Shown: positions 14,522 through 23,759, counted from the stretch's first letter. The stretch is DNA of 37,235 bases from Halobacteriales archaeon QH_8_67_36 (GCA_003021755.1 PXQZ01000114.1:1-37235); one strand, 5' to 3'. Notes: generated from the letters alone by a model not told the origin. A program made the numbers and translations.

Positions 14522-14601
14522 CTCACCGCCGTCGAGCCGTCGGCTCGACGAGGCTCGCGACCATCCGGGTCGCTCACCGCCGTCGACCTGTCGGCTCGAC
14601 G
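14522..14601. repeat. 29-bp direct repeat, two copies, with internal palindrome
   Basis: CTCACCGCCGTCGAGCCGTCGGCTCGACG (14522-14550) and CTCACCGCCGTCGACCTGTCGGCTCGACG (14573-14601), 27/29 identical. Confidence 0.8.
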
Positions 14602-14612
14602 GCTACGGCCGC

Positions 14613-15971
14613 TCACGGACCTGCGGACTCGACCGCCGATTCGACTGCCGCCCGCACGTCCTCGACCAGCGCGTCGACAGCGTCGCTCTCGGCGTACACC
14701 CGGACGTACGACTCGGTCCCGCTCGGTCGGACGAGTACCCACGAGTCGTCGGGGAAAGAGAGTCGAACGCCGTGTTCAGTGGCGCTCTCGCTCTCGGGGA
14801 AGACGTCCGGGAGGTCGGCTTCGAGTGCCGCCATCACCGCCGGCTTTCGGCTGTCCGGACAGTCGATGCTCACCTTCCTGTAGGGCCGTTCGGTGACGGC
14901 AGCGCGGCGCTGGGCGAGCCTCTCGGCGGCGATAAGCCGGGTGAGGACCGCCGCGCTCGCGACGCCGTCTGTCCACCCGCCGAAGGCCGGGTGGATGTGT
15001 TTCCACGGCTCGGCGGCGAAGACGACTTCGGTGTCGCTCATGGCCCCGCGGCGCTCGCGGGCGATGCCCTCGTGGAGCGCGCCCAGACGGACCCGCTCGA
15101 CGCGGCCGCCCGCGGACTCGACCCGTTCGTCGATGCGTCCGGAGGCATTTGGCGTCGTCACGACGACGGGGTCGTCGACGGCCGCCGCGCCGGTGTACTG
15201 TTCGGCCAGCATCGCCAGGACGGTGTCCTCGTGGACGATGTCACCGTCGCCGTCGACGAGGACGATTCGGTCGGCGTCCCCGTCGTGGGCGATGCCAACG
15301 TCGACGCCGGCGTCGGCCACGAACCGACCGAACGCGCCCAGCGTCTCCGGCGTCGGTTTGCTCCCGCGAGCCGGGAAACGGCCGTCGACGTTGGCCTCCG
15401 TCGAGACTACGTCCGCGCCGAGGGCTCGTAGGACCTGGGGTGTCGCCACGCCGGCCATCCCGTTGCCACAGTCCACGGCGACGGTCAGGCGCTCGGGATC
15501 GGCCCCGAACCCGCGGGCGTAGTCGGCGACCGCCGCCCGGTAGACCGGCAGTATCTCCTCGGTGAGTGTATCGCCCCAGGTGTCCCACGCCGCCGGTTCG
15601 ACGCCTTCCTCCACCCGGCTCTCGACGACGGTCTCTGCCTCGTCACCGTACTCCCGGCCGTCGGCGAACAGTTTCAGGCCGTTGTCCGTCGGCGGGTTGT
15701 GGCTCGCGGTCACCATCACACCCCGGCGGCCCTGCGAGGCGTACGCCAGCGCCGGCGTCGGCACCCGACCGACATGGACCACCTGCACCCCGGCGCTCTC
15801 CAGCCCCGAGACGACGGCGTCGGCGAGAGCCGGCGACGTGACCCGACCGTCGTGGCCCACGACGAACTCGCCGCCGTCCTGCCCGGCCGCCCGTCCGACC
15901 GACAGTGCCAGCTCCGGGGTGACCCGCTCGTTGACCCCGCCGCGGATTCCCGCTGTCCCGAACAGTTCCAT
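14613..15971 (-). CDS. Alpha-D-phosphohexomutase superfamily enzyme (phosphomannomutase or phosphopentomutase)
   Basis: LFGTAGIRG, TASHNP (phospho-Ser), metal loop DGDADR, VRPSGTE. Confidence 0.92.
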   Translation of the reverse strand: MELFGTAGIRGGVNERVTPELALSVGRAAGQDGGEFVVGHDGRVTSPALADAVVSGLESAGVQVVHVGRVPTPALAYASQGRRGVMVTASHNPPTDNGLKLFADGREYGDEAETVVESRVEEGVEPAAWDTWGDTLTEEILPVYRAAVADYARGFGADPERLTVAVDCGNGMAGVATPQVLRALGADVVSTEANVDGRFPARGSKPTPETLGAFGRFVADAGVDVGIAHDGDADRIVLVDGDGDIVHEDTVLAMLAEQYTGAAAVDDPVVVTTPNASGRIDERVESAGGRVERVRLGALHEGIARERRGAMSDTEVVFAAEPWKHIHPAFGGWTDGVASAAVLTRLIAAERLAQRRAAVTERPYRKVSIDCPDSRKPAVMAALEADLPDVFPESESATEHGVRLSFPDDSWVLVRPSGTESYVRVYAESDAVDALVEDVRAAVESAVESAGP

Positions 15972-16014
15972 ACCCGTACTGCGGCAGCTCGCCGCTTAGT
16001 TCTCCCGCTCCCCG

Positions 16015-16414
16015 ACCACCTTTTATTTCGTCGGGTCCGAGTCGCGCCTTCGGCGCGCTTGAACCACTCCCCGCAAAAACAGCCGGAAGACGCGACCTGC
16101 AGTCGCGCTTCCGGTGAAACCGCGTCCCGCATGGCTCGGCGCGGTATGCTTGCGACAGAAAGATATCACAGGATCTGGCGCGCACCTTCGCGGCGACGGT
16201 CGCAAAGCAAGCGCGAGGGATGAGCGAGCCTATGACGAGCGAATCGGCTAGGGAGGGCGTGGCTGTCAGGGGCGAGCATACCGCTCGCCACTGGCGAGCG
16301 GTTTCACTTCACGCGAACGCGGTGAGCGTAACGGGAGTTTTACCGTAGATTTTTACGAGCCCCCTCGCCGCAGCGAGCGGAGCGAGCGAGGAGATGGGGT
16401 GAGGTAAAACGGTA
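16015..16414. repeat. Composite hairpin-rich intergenic repeat region
   Basis: Contains the hairpin GCGCC-TTC-GGCGC, the module GCGCGAGGGATGAGCGAG...GCGAATCGGCTAGGGAGGGCGTGGC and the palindrome ACCGCTCGCCA-C-TGGCGAGCGGT (16280-16302). Related T4...A5-bounded modules lie in opposite orientation at the two ends. Confidence 0.55.
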
Positions 16415-17131
16415 CTACAGCAGTTCGTCGAAGTCGTAGCCGTTGATATCCACACCCTCGCTCGTCACGTCGGCGAGATAGATACCGTTGCCCGATCCGG
16501 TGTCGCGCTCGGCGGCGGCGTTGATGGCTGCGGCGGCGACTTCCGTGGCCTCTTCGTTGGTCATGTCGTCCTCGTAGCGGTCCTCAAGGGTCCCGTAGGC
16601 GACGGTGAGGCCGGAGCCCGTGACCGTGTACTCGTCCTGCATGACGCCGCCGGCGGGGTCGATAGAGTAGACGTGGTGGCCGTCGTCGTCGACGCCGCCG
16701 AGGATGGGGTTGATGGCGAAGAACGGACCGCCGCGGGCGAAGTTCCCGGCCAGTGTCGAGAGGGCCTGCATGCTCATGTCCTCGCCGCGGCGGGCCCCGT
16801 AGAGGTTGACCTCGGCGCGGAGCGAACGGATGAAAGACTGAGCGCCACCGACGCTCCCCACGAGCGTGAGCGCGGCGGTGGGGTGAATCTGCTCGACCTT
16901 CTGGACGTTCTTGTTGGAGACGAACCGACCGCCCAGCGAGGCTCGCATGTCGGTGGCGATGACGACGCCCTCGCTGGTGGTGATGCCGACGGTTGTCGTC
17001 CCGGTCTTGTTGACCTTCTCGGCGTCCTGGCCCGAGCGGTCGGGCAGCGAGCCGACCTCGGGCTCGTAGGGGTCGGTCCGGAACCGGTCGGCTGCGGGCG
17101 GCCGGGAGAGCGGTGAGTTCGGATCGGTCAT
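16415..17131 (-). CDS. psmB: Proteasome subunit beta with propeptide
   Basis: KTG|TTTVG autoprocessing site (Thr1), ATDMRAS, GSVGGAQ, TGSG, ERDTGSGNG. Confidence 0.95.
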   Translation of the reverse strand: MTDPNSPLSRPPAADRFRTDPYEPEVGSLPDRSGQDAEKVNKTGTTTVGITTSEGVVIATDMRASLGGRFVSNKNVQKVEQIHPTAALTLVGSVGGAQSFIRSLRAEVNLYGARRGEDMSMQALSTLAGNFARGGPFFAINPILGGVDDDGHHVYSIDPAGGVMQDEYTVTGSGLTVAYGTLEDRYEDDMTNEEATEVAAAAINAAAERDTGSGNGIYLADVTSEGVDINGYDFDELL

Positions 17132-17330
17132 TACCGCCCGATAGCAGTCGGGCGCTGATAAAACTGTGGACCTCGCGTTTCGGCGAACCGGCTCGCGGTG
17201 TCGAGCGGTTTCGGAACGGTCGGTGACGAAGCCGTGCAGAACGGTACTCATACGGTCAGTTGGAAGCCATTCCCGAGGCTTGCCGGACCCGTCTCAGTAA
17301 ATCAGCGGTAAACCGTTACAACCGACCATA

Positions 17331-17501
17331 TCACTCCCGGGACTGTTCGTAGGCCTCGTTGAGTCCGTCGATGGCGCGGTGGACGGGCAGTCGAACGCCG
17401 AAGCGCTCGGTGACCATCGCGACCGGCAACAGGACGATGCCGGCGAGCAGGGCGAGCTGGTACAGTGCGAATACGGTTGCGGTGTACAGTCGGGCAGCCA
17501 T
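17331..17501 (-). CDS. Small hydrophobic protein, 56 aa (not in ORF track)
   Basis: MAARLYTATVFALYQLALLAGIVLLPVAMVTERFGVRLPVHRAIDGLNEAYEQSRE. Minus-strand TATA-like CTTATATAC at 17533-17541; typical codon usage. Confidence 0.78.
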   Translation of the reverse strand: MAARLYTATVFALYQLALLAGIVLLPVAMVTERFGVRLPVHRAIDGLNEAYEQSRE

Positions 17502-17709
17502 TGTGGCTTCGATCAGTCGTGGGACGAACCAGTATATAAGAGCTATGGCTCAACGCGAGGAACGTCGTATCGTTCGTGACACATTATGGCGCCGCCATCT
17601 GGCGATTCAGTCTCACTTGTCGCTGGCACGATTGACTCCGCAGTAACCGTGACGTGCGCGGCGGCCACGAACCGCAACTAACGAGTAGCCAGCCCCCGAG
17701 AGGACGAGC

Positions 17710-18078
17710 ATGAACTATCTCGTGGCGATGGAAGCTGCCTGGTTGGTCCGTGACGTAGAGGACATCGACGACGCTATCGGCGTCGCCGTGAGCGAAGCCG
17801 GCAAGCGGCTCAACGAGGAGAGCATGGACTACGTCGAGGTGGAGGTCGGTGCGACGGGCTGTCCGGCCTGTGGCGAGCCGTTCGACTCGGCGTTTGTCGC
17901 CGCCGACACCGCTCTCGTCGGACTGGTTCTCGAAATCGACGTCTTCAACGTGGAGTCCATCGAACACGCACAGCGCATCGCGAAAAGCGAGGTCGGCGGG
18001 GCACTGCGGGACGTGCCGCTGAAGGTCATCGAAGTGTTCGAGACCGAGGAGGGCGACGACGCCGAAGCCGAGGCCTGA
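17710..18078 (+). CDS. UPF0212/DUF555 family protein
   Basis: MNYLVAMEAAWLVRDV...DDAIGVAVSEAGKRLN, CPACG motif, RIAKSEVG. Confidence 0.88.
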   Translation: MNYLVAMEAAWLVRDVEDIDDAIGVAVSEAGKRLNEESMDYVEVEVGATGCPACGEPFDSAFVAADTALVGLVLEIDVFNVESIEHAQRIAKSEVGGALRDVPLKVIEVFETEEGDDAEAEA

Positions 18079-18189
18079 GCGGAGACGGGAGACTGGGGTC
18101 GACAGTTTTCACAGAGACGTCCGATGACGCCGCTGAGCGGGTAGTCTCCGACCCGTGGGTTTTTTAATTACCCCGAGTTATGGCGTACC

Positions 18190-18732
18190 ATGGACCTGCC
18201 GACGCCCGAGGACCTGCGTGAGCGCCGGAACGAACTGGAACTCACCCAGAGCGAGCTGGCCGAGCACGCCGACGTCTCCCAGCCCCTCATCGCCCGTATC
18301 GAAGGCGGCGACGTGGACCCGCGGCTTTCGACGCTCCGTCGCATCGTCAACGCCCTCGACGAGGCCGAGGGCGGCATCATCCGCGCTCGCGACGTGATGA
18401 ACACGCCCGTCGTCAGCGTCGAACCGGACGATTCGGTCCACCAGAGCAAGGCACTGATGGACGAGAAGGGGTACTCACAGGTGCCGGTCATCCGCGACGG
18501 CTCCCCCCAGGGGCTCATCGGGAACTCCGACATCCGCCAGCGCCCGGAGGAGAACGTCGGCGAACTCCCCGTCGCCGAGGTGATGCACGAGTCTATCGCC
18601 GCAGTCGAGCCGGATGCTATCATCGACGAGGTGGACGCGTATCTCAACCACAACGCCGCGGTGATGGTCGTCGAGGACGGCCGGACCGTCGGCGTCATTA
18701 CCGAGGCCGACATCGCCCGCACCGTCAGCTGA
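18190..18732 (+). CDS. XRE-type HTH plus CBS-pair transcription regulator
   Basis: LTQSELAEHADVSQPLIARIEGGDVDPRLST, followed by two CBS repeats. AT-rich TTTTTAAT about 25-30 nt upstream. Confidence 0.92.
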   Translation: MDLPTPEDLRERRNELELTQSELAEHADVSQPLIARIEGGDVDPRLSTLRRIVNALDEAEGGIIRARDVMNTPVVSVEPDDSVHQSKALMDEKGYSQVPVIRDGSPQGLIGNSDIRQRPEENVGELPVAEVMHESIAAVEPDAIIDEVDAYLNHNAAVMVVEDGRTVGVITEADIARTVS

Positions 18733-18775
18733 CCGGCGAGACGGTTCACACGGCGGCGCTCACCCACCGAACCTG

Positions 18776-18820
18776 AATTAGCCAGGTGCTAATTTCCAGA
18801 ACGGTCAACTCTTTATTTAT
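18776..18820 (+). promoter_or_regulatory. Palindromic operator-like site plus TATA-like box
   Basis: AATTAGC-CAGGT-GCTAATT at 18776-18794, then CTTTATTTAT at 18811-18820. Confidence 0.45.
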
Positions 18821-18850
18821 GCTCTCTGGTCGTTAGTGAAGGCGGAACAC

Positions 18851-18982
18851 ATGACAGGTTCACTCGACTCCCGTCTTGAGGTGGCGCTGCGCGAGGCGGA
18901 CGACGAACGCGTACGGTACCACCTCCGTGAGGCACTCCAGTTACGTGTCGCCACACAGGAGAACAGTCACCTCCCCGCGTAA
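18851..18982 (+). CDS. Small protein, 43 aa (not in ORF track)
   Basis: MTGSLDSRLEVALREADDERVRYHLREALQLRVATQENSHLPA. Has its own TATA-like box and fills the gap between the CBS gene and purM. Confidence 0.62.
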   Translation: MTGSLDSRLEVALREADDERVRYHLREALQLRVATQENSHLPA

Positions 18983-19002
18983 TCGGACGTGAGCCAGGTT
19001 CG

Positions 19003-20001
19003 CTACTCCTGTAGTTCCAGTCCGCGAACCGAAACCGCTTTTCCGCCGTCTTCGACGTAGCCGATGATTCTGGCGTCCTCGCTCGCCTCGACCACCGCTT
19101 CGGCGTCCTCCTCGGCCACCGCTGCGACGAACCCGGTGCCCATGTTGAACGTCCGGTGCATCTCCTCGTCGTCGACGTTCCCCTCCTCTTGGACGAACTC
19201 GAACACCGGCTGCGGGTCGAACGGGTCGGTGATCTCGTAGCGGAACGCGCCCATTCGCGTGAGGTTCGTCCACCCGCCGCCAGTGACGTGGGCGGCGGCG
19301 TGGGTGTCGACTTCCCGCAGCGGCGCCAGCACCTCGCTGTAGATGCGCGTCGGCGTCAGCAGCGTCTCGGCGATGGACTGGTCGGGGTTCGGCGGGAAGG
19401 GGTCGTCGTACTCGTAGTTCCGGGTTACGGCCTCGCGGGCCAGCGTCAGCCCGTTCGAGTGGATGCCGGAGGAGGGCCAGCCGACGACGGCGTCGCCGGC
19501 CTCGGCCTCGCCCGGGAAGACGGCGTCCTTGGGCGCGAGCCCGGCACAGGTCCCGGCGATGTCCAGTCCTTCGATGACGTCGGGCATCACCGCCGTCTCG
19601 CCGCCCACGAGGGCGACGCCGGCACGCTTCGCGCCCTCGCGTAGCCCCGCACCGATGTCCTCGCCAGTCGCCTCGTCGGGCGCCTCGACGGCGAGATAGT
19701 CGACGAACGCGACGGGCTCGACGCCTGTCGCCAGCAGGTCGTTGACGTTCATCGCCATGCAGTCGATGCCGATGGTGGAGTAGTCGTCGATGGCCTCCGC
19801 CACCAGCAGCTTGGTGCCGACGCCGTCGGTCGCAAGCGCCAGATACTGGTCGCCGATGTCGACGAGGCCGGCGTAGTCGCCCTCGAACTCGCCGGCGGCG
19901 CCGATGAGCGCCTTCGTCGCGGCCTCGCTTTCGTCGATATCCACGCCCGTCCCGGCGTAGGTCAGCCCCTCCTCGTCGTCCGTCTCGGTGCCCTCGGTCA
20001 T
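19003..20001 (-). CDS. purM: Phosphoribosylformylglycinamidine cyclo-ligase (AIR synthetase)
   Basis: LTYAGTGVDI, ATDGVGTK, GGETAVMP, SSGIHSNG, HVTGGG, RTFNMGTG. Confidence 0.96.
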   Translation of the reverse strand: MTEGTETDDEEGLTYAGTGVDIDESEAATKALIGAAGEFEGDYAGLVDIGDQYLALATDGVGTKLLVAEAIDDYSTIGIDCMAMNVNDLLATGVEPVAFVDYLAVEAPDEATGEDIGAGLREGAKRAGVALVGGETAVMPDVIEGLDIAGTCAGLAPKDAVFPGEAEAGDAVVGWPSSGIHSNGLTLAREAVTRNYEYDDPFPPNPDQSIAETLLTPTRIYSEVLAPLREVDTHAAAHVTGGGWTNLTRMGAFRYEITDPFDPQPVFEFVQEEGNVDDEEMHRTFNMGTGFVAAVAEEDAEAVVEASEDARIIGYVEDGGKAVSVRGLELQE

Positions 20002-20056
20002 ACCGAAGACGGCGCGTGGGGCGGGCAAAAGAGCATCGTTCCCCGCCGTCACCCGG

Positions 20057-20695
20057 TCAGAGCACGAACAGCGCGCCGACGGCCAACACGAGCGACGGCC
20101 CCGCAACGACGGCCCAGATGAGGGTGCTCCAGGCGCGGATCTTGCGCCCGTCGAGCGGACCGAAGGGGAGCATGTTGAACCCCGCCAGCAGGAGGTTAAT
20201 CTGGAGGCCCCTGCGGGCGACCTGCCAGAGGAACCCGTCGATGCCGGCGGCGACCGCGGCGAGAAACGGCACCAGGAAGACGACGGCGAGCAGGAGGTTC
20301 GTCACCGGCCCCGCGAGCGCGATGAGGCCGTTCTCCTTTGCGGTAATGTGGCCCCGGTGGACGACGGCGCCGGGCGCGGCGAAGAGAAAGCCCACGAGCG
20401 CGCCGACGACGGCGAAACCGAGCATCCGGTAGTCCGCCCTGAAGGCCGCGACCTGTCCGAACCGCACCGCGACCACCTTGTGAGCGAGTTCGTGCAACAG
20501 GAACCCGACCCCGACGGTCAGCAGGCTGACCAGCAGCGTCCCGGCGACGGCACCGGCGCGCAGCCCGGTCAGGCTCCCGCCCAGGTCCAGCGCCGCGACG
20601 AGCTGGCGCTCCAGCAGGAGGGTGAAGGCGACGCCGAGGGCGAGCCACGCGACGGCGAGGTCACGTATTTCGCGCTGGCTGAACTGGAGCCCCAT
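20057..20695 (-). CDS. M50 family (site-2) membrane zinc metalloprotease
   Basis: HELAH (HExxH), AGPVTN, FNMLPFGPLDG, multiple transmembrane segments. Confidence 0.92.
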   Translation of the reverse strand: MGLQFSQREIRDLAVAWLALGVAFTLLLERQLVAALDLGGSLTGLRAGAVAGTLLVSLLTVGVGFLLHELAHKVVAVRFGQVAAFRADYRMLGFAVVGALVGFLFAAPGAVVHRGHITAKENGLIALAGPVTNLLLAVVFLVPFLAAVAAGIDGFLWQVARRGLQINLLLAGFNMLPFGPLDGRKIRAWSTLIWAVVAGPSLVLAVGALFVL

Positions 20696-22215
20696 CACAC
20701 CACCCCGAGGAGCATCCGGGTCCCCTGTTCGATACCGGCCCACAGCAAGCGCGTCACGCCGTCGATGCCGCCGATGTCGGCCGCGAGATACGGCAACAGG
20801 AGCGGGAAGACGACGTAGGAGGCGACGGCGCTGCCGATGTTCGCCAACGCGACGACGAGGATGAGACGGAAGAGCGGGACGGCTCGCATCCGCATAGCGA
20901 GGTCGGAGATAGGAGCCTCCTCGTCGCCGAGTATCTCGTTGAGCGTGGCGATGTCGCCGACGTTGACGGAGATGTAGCGCAGCTCCACGTAGCCGGCGAA
21001 CCAGCCGGCCGCCAGCAGCGGGAAGAGGCTCGTCAGCCAGCCGAAGATGCCCGCGGCAGCGGCGCTGGACCAGTGGGCGCCGGCCAGTTTCGCCAGCCCG
21101 CCCGCACAGACGGCGTTGACCACGACGAGTGCCAGAAACAGCTCCAGCAGGACAGCTTGGCTCGCCCCGCCGAGAACGAGCAGGCCAAAAAAGACGAGGA
21201 AGACGAGCCCGATCGCGTAGCCCGCGAGCTTGTACAGGGAAAACCGGCCGCCGCTCTCGGTGCCGACCAGCGAGGACAGCGGCGGCAGCTCCTCGGGGTG
21301 GTCGAGGTAGCGCTCGATGCCCTCGCGGTGGCCCGCCCCGACGACGGCGACGACGTGGTACCCCTCCTGGCGCAACGCCACCAGGCGGTGTGCGATGAAC
21401 GCGTCGCGCTCGTCGATGAGCGCCTCGGCGCCGCCGGGGGAGAACTGCCGGAACTCCTCCATCATCGCGCTCACGACGTCGGTGTCGGTCATCTGGTCGA
21501 TGTCGAACGCCTCGACGTCCTCACCGCTCCCGCCCAGACGGGCCAGTGCGAGCGCGAGCGGAACCCCTATCACGACGCTCGTGGCGACGACGACCAGCAG
21601 GGTATCGAGCAGGCCGACCAGCCCGCCGGGTATCGCCCCGCCGAACGCCCCCGTGGGGAGGAGCAGCGTGTCGGTGGCGGCGCCGGCCACGATGGCGAGT
21701 CCGCTGCCGAAGACGGCTCCGGCGGTCAGCCCGACGGTGAGTGGCGGTCCCATCTCTGCCAGTAGACTCCCCAGCAGTGTCAGCTTCTCCCGAGCCGTCA
21801 ACCGGGCCCAGAACCGCTGGACCGTGGTCTGGATGTCCCGGTCGACCAGAGCGAGGCCCAGGCCGAGTTCCTCGGCGGTGTCGATGGCGGCTTTCATGTC
21901 GGCGCCGGGCTCCACGTCGAAGCGGTCGCCGAGGCGGGCCTGGACGTACGACAGCATCCAGTAGGCCAGGAACTGAAAGACCGTGTTCCCACGGAGGAGG
22001 TCTCGGGCGTCGAGGCCCTCGGGTGCCTCCCCCTGCATCTGGCGATACCGGCCCTCGTCGAGTTCGACGGCCACGATGTCAGGACGGCGCTCTCTCAGTG
22101 TCGATTCCACTTCCTCGACGCTCTGCTCGGAGACGTGGGCGGTCCCCACGACTTCGACGGACCCCTCGCCTCCCGGTTCGGGAACGTCGCCCGCCGACGC
22201 CGCGTGTTCGGTCAT
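20695..22215 (-). CDS. TraB/GumN (pheromone shutdown-like) family membrane protein
   Basis: VVGTAHVS, VAVELD, DRDIQTT, LIDERD, VVGAGH, C-terminal transmembrane region. Confidence 0.92.
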   Translation of the reverse strand: MTEHAASAGDVPEPGGEGSVEVVGTAHVSEQSVEEVESTLRERRPDIVAVELDEGRYRQMQGEAPEGLDARDLLRGNTVFQFLAYWMLSYVQARLGDRFDVEPGADMKAAIDTAEELGLGLALVDRDIQTTVQRFWARLTAREKLTLLGSLLAEMGPPLTVGLTAGAVFGSGLAIVAGAATDTLLLPTGAFGGAIPGGLVGLLDTLLVVVATSVVIGVPLALALARLGGSGEDVEAFDIDQMTDTDVVSAMMEEFRQFSPGGAEALIDERDAFIAHRLVALRQEGYHVVAVVGAGHREGIERYLDHPEELPPLSSLVGTESGGRFSLYKLAGYAIGLVFLVFFGLLVLGGASQAVLLELFLALVVVNAVCAGGLAKLAGAHWSSAAAAGIFGWLTSLFPLLAAGWFAGYVELRYISVNVGDIATLNEILGDEEAPISDLAMRMRAVPLFRLILVVALANIGSAVASYVVFPLLLPYLAADIGGIDGVTRLLWAGIEQGTRMLLGVV

Positions 22216-22404
22216 CACACCCGGATACACGGTCGCTTCCTTTACCGTTGTCGGGTCAGCCGACACGACGTTCCCTCGGAGAATGACAGTACGGGATTTT
22301 CCAAAAAGTAATCGTGGTAATGCGGTAGATAACTGCCGGTAAGTGCGTTACTAGCGTTTTAGCAACTATGATATGTGTGGACACCAACTGAAATAACGAG
22401 ACAC

Positions 22405-22680
22405 ATGCACGACCTGACTGGGTTCCAGCGTGACCTGTTGTACGTCATTGCCGGCCTGGACGAACCGCACGGGCTCGCCATCAAGGACGAACTGGAAGGG
22501 TACTACGAGAGCGAGGTCAACCACGGCCGACTCTACCCCAATCTCGACACGCTGGTCGAAAAGGGGCTGGTCGAGAAGGGCCAGCGTGACCGCCGGACCA
22601 ACTTCTACACGCTGACACGGCGTGGCGAGCGCGAACTCGACGCACGACAGGACTGGGAATCGCAGTACGTCACGGCCTGA
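22405..22680 (+). CDS. PadR family transcription regulator (RosR-like)
   Basis: MHDLTGFQRDLL...PHGLAIKDELE...VNHGRLYPNLDTLVEKGLVEKG. Confidence 0.93.
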   Translation: MHDLTGFQRDLLYVIAGLDEPHGLAIKDELEGYYESEVNHGRLYPNLDTLVEKGLVEKGQRDRRTNFYTLTRRGERELDARQDWESQYVTA

Positions 22681-22755
22681 CGCCGGTGCCCGCCGCTCCG
22701 GGCAGCTGCCGGTACGTTCGATGACGTTTATCCTTCTCGGCGTCGAAGCGGGTCC

Positions 22756-23211
22756 ATGACACTGGACGTGGCTGTCCCCGACCGACCGGCGCTCTCGGCA
22801 GCGGTCGACACGACGGAGTACGAGGACGTGGACGTGCAGGGCGACGAGTATCGACGCGACGAACTGGCCGAGGCCCTTGCCGACGGCGCGTGGGACGACG
22901 CGTTCACGGAGTGGGCCGCCGACACCGGTCTCGACGAGGAGACGTGGGCTATCGTCACCGACCTCGACCTCGTCGCCGAGTTCGACTTCTTCTGGGACTC
23001 CTTTGCGGGGCGGGTCGGCTACCACGCGCCCGGGCTGCCGGAGAACTGGCGCGAACGCAGGATTCACCCCGACATCGAGTCCTGGGAGACGGTCTCCGCC
23101 ATCAACGCCGGCCTGACCGAACTCGGGCAGGTCGTCTGTGACGTACTGGCCGACAACTACCTCGACTGGGAGGCCGACGAGATCGACGCCGGCGACCTGC
23201 CCGATTTCTAG
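22756..23211 (+). CDS. Conserved hypothetical acidic protein
   Basis: 151-aa ORF with strongly acidic haloarchaeal composition and host-like codon usage. TTTATCC about 25 nt upstream. Confidence 0.8.
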   Translation: MTLDVAVPDRPALSAAVDTTEYEDVDVQGDEYRRDELAEALADGAWDDAFTEWAADTGLDEETWAIVTDLDLVAEFDFFWDSFAGRVGYHAPGLPENWRERRIHPDIESWETVSAINAGLTELGQVVCDVLADNYLDWEADEIDAGDLPDF

Positions 23212-23759
23212 CGACTGCCTTCGAGGACGAACGTCTCTCGGCGGTCCTCGGCCCGGTGGACCGTGATGCCGGCGTTCTCACACAGCTCGACAGCGTCGTC
23301 GGCGGCGTAGCGCTCCGCCAACGGCGGGCCGGCGTTCCCGGCTCCGGTGTGTGTCCAGTCGGCCAGCGCGACACAGCCGCCGGGGACCAGCGCCTCCGCG
23401 ATGGCGTCCATCGCCGCTGGCGTCGCGAACTCGTGGAACGTCATCGTCGAGACGACCGCGTCGAGCGGGTCGTCTATCGGTAGCGACTCGGCGGTCGCGG
23501 TCACCGGCGTCACGTTGTCCGGCAGCCCCTTCTCGCGGTAGATGTCGTGCATCTCGGGCTGGACGTCGACCGCGTAGACGGTGCCCGTGGCCGCGGCCAC
23601 GTCGTCGGTGTAGAACCCGGTGCCACTGCCCAGGTCGGCGACCACGTCGTCGGACTCGGGGTCGAACAGCGCGAGCAGTTCGTCGACCGAGAGGTAGGCG
23701 TACCGTGTCGGGTCCTCTAGCTGATCGGCGCGAGCGGGGTCGAACGTATGAAAACCCAT
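23208..23759 (-). CDS. Class I SAM-dependent methyltransferase
   Basis: VVADLGSGTG (motif I), YAVDVQ, STMTFHE, LVPGG. Confidence 0.9.
   Translation of the reverse strand: MGFHTFDPARADQLEDPTRYAYLSVDELLALFDPESDDVVADLGSGTGFYTDDVAAATGTVYAVDVQPEMHDIYREKGLPDNVTPVTATAESLPIDDPLDAVVSTMTFHEFATPAAMDAIAEALVPGGCVALADWTHTGAGNAGPPLAERYAADDAVELCENAGITVHRAEDRRETFVLEGSR

Noticed and set aside
14522-14601. Possible CRISPR mini-array
   Set aside because: There are only two good repeats with a short 22-nt spacer, no AT-rich leader, no typical haloarchaeal repeat ends and no cas genes.
20695-22215. TraB as evidence of a conjugative element
   Set aside because: It is the TraB/GumN family, a chromosomal gene paired with an M50 protease. 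No relaxase or T4SS genes are present.
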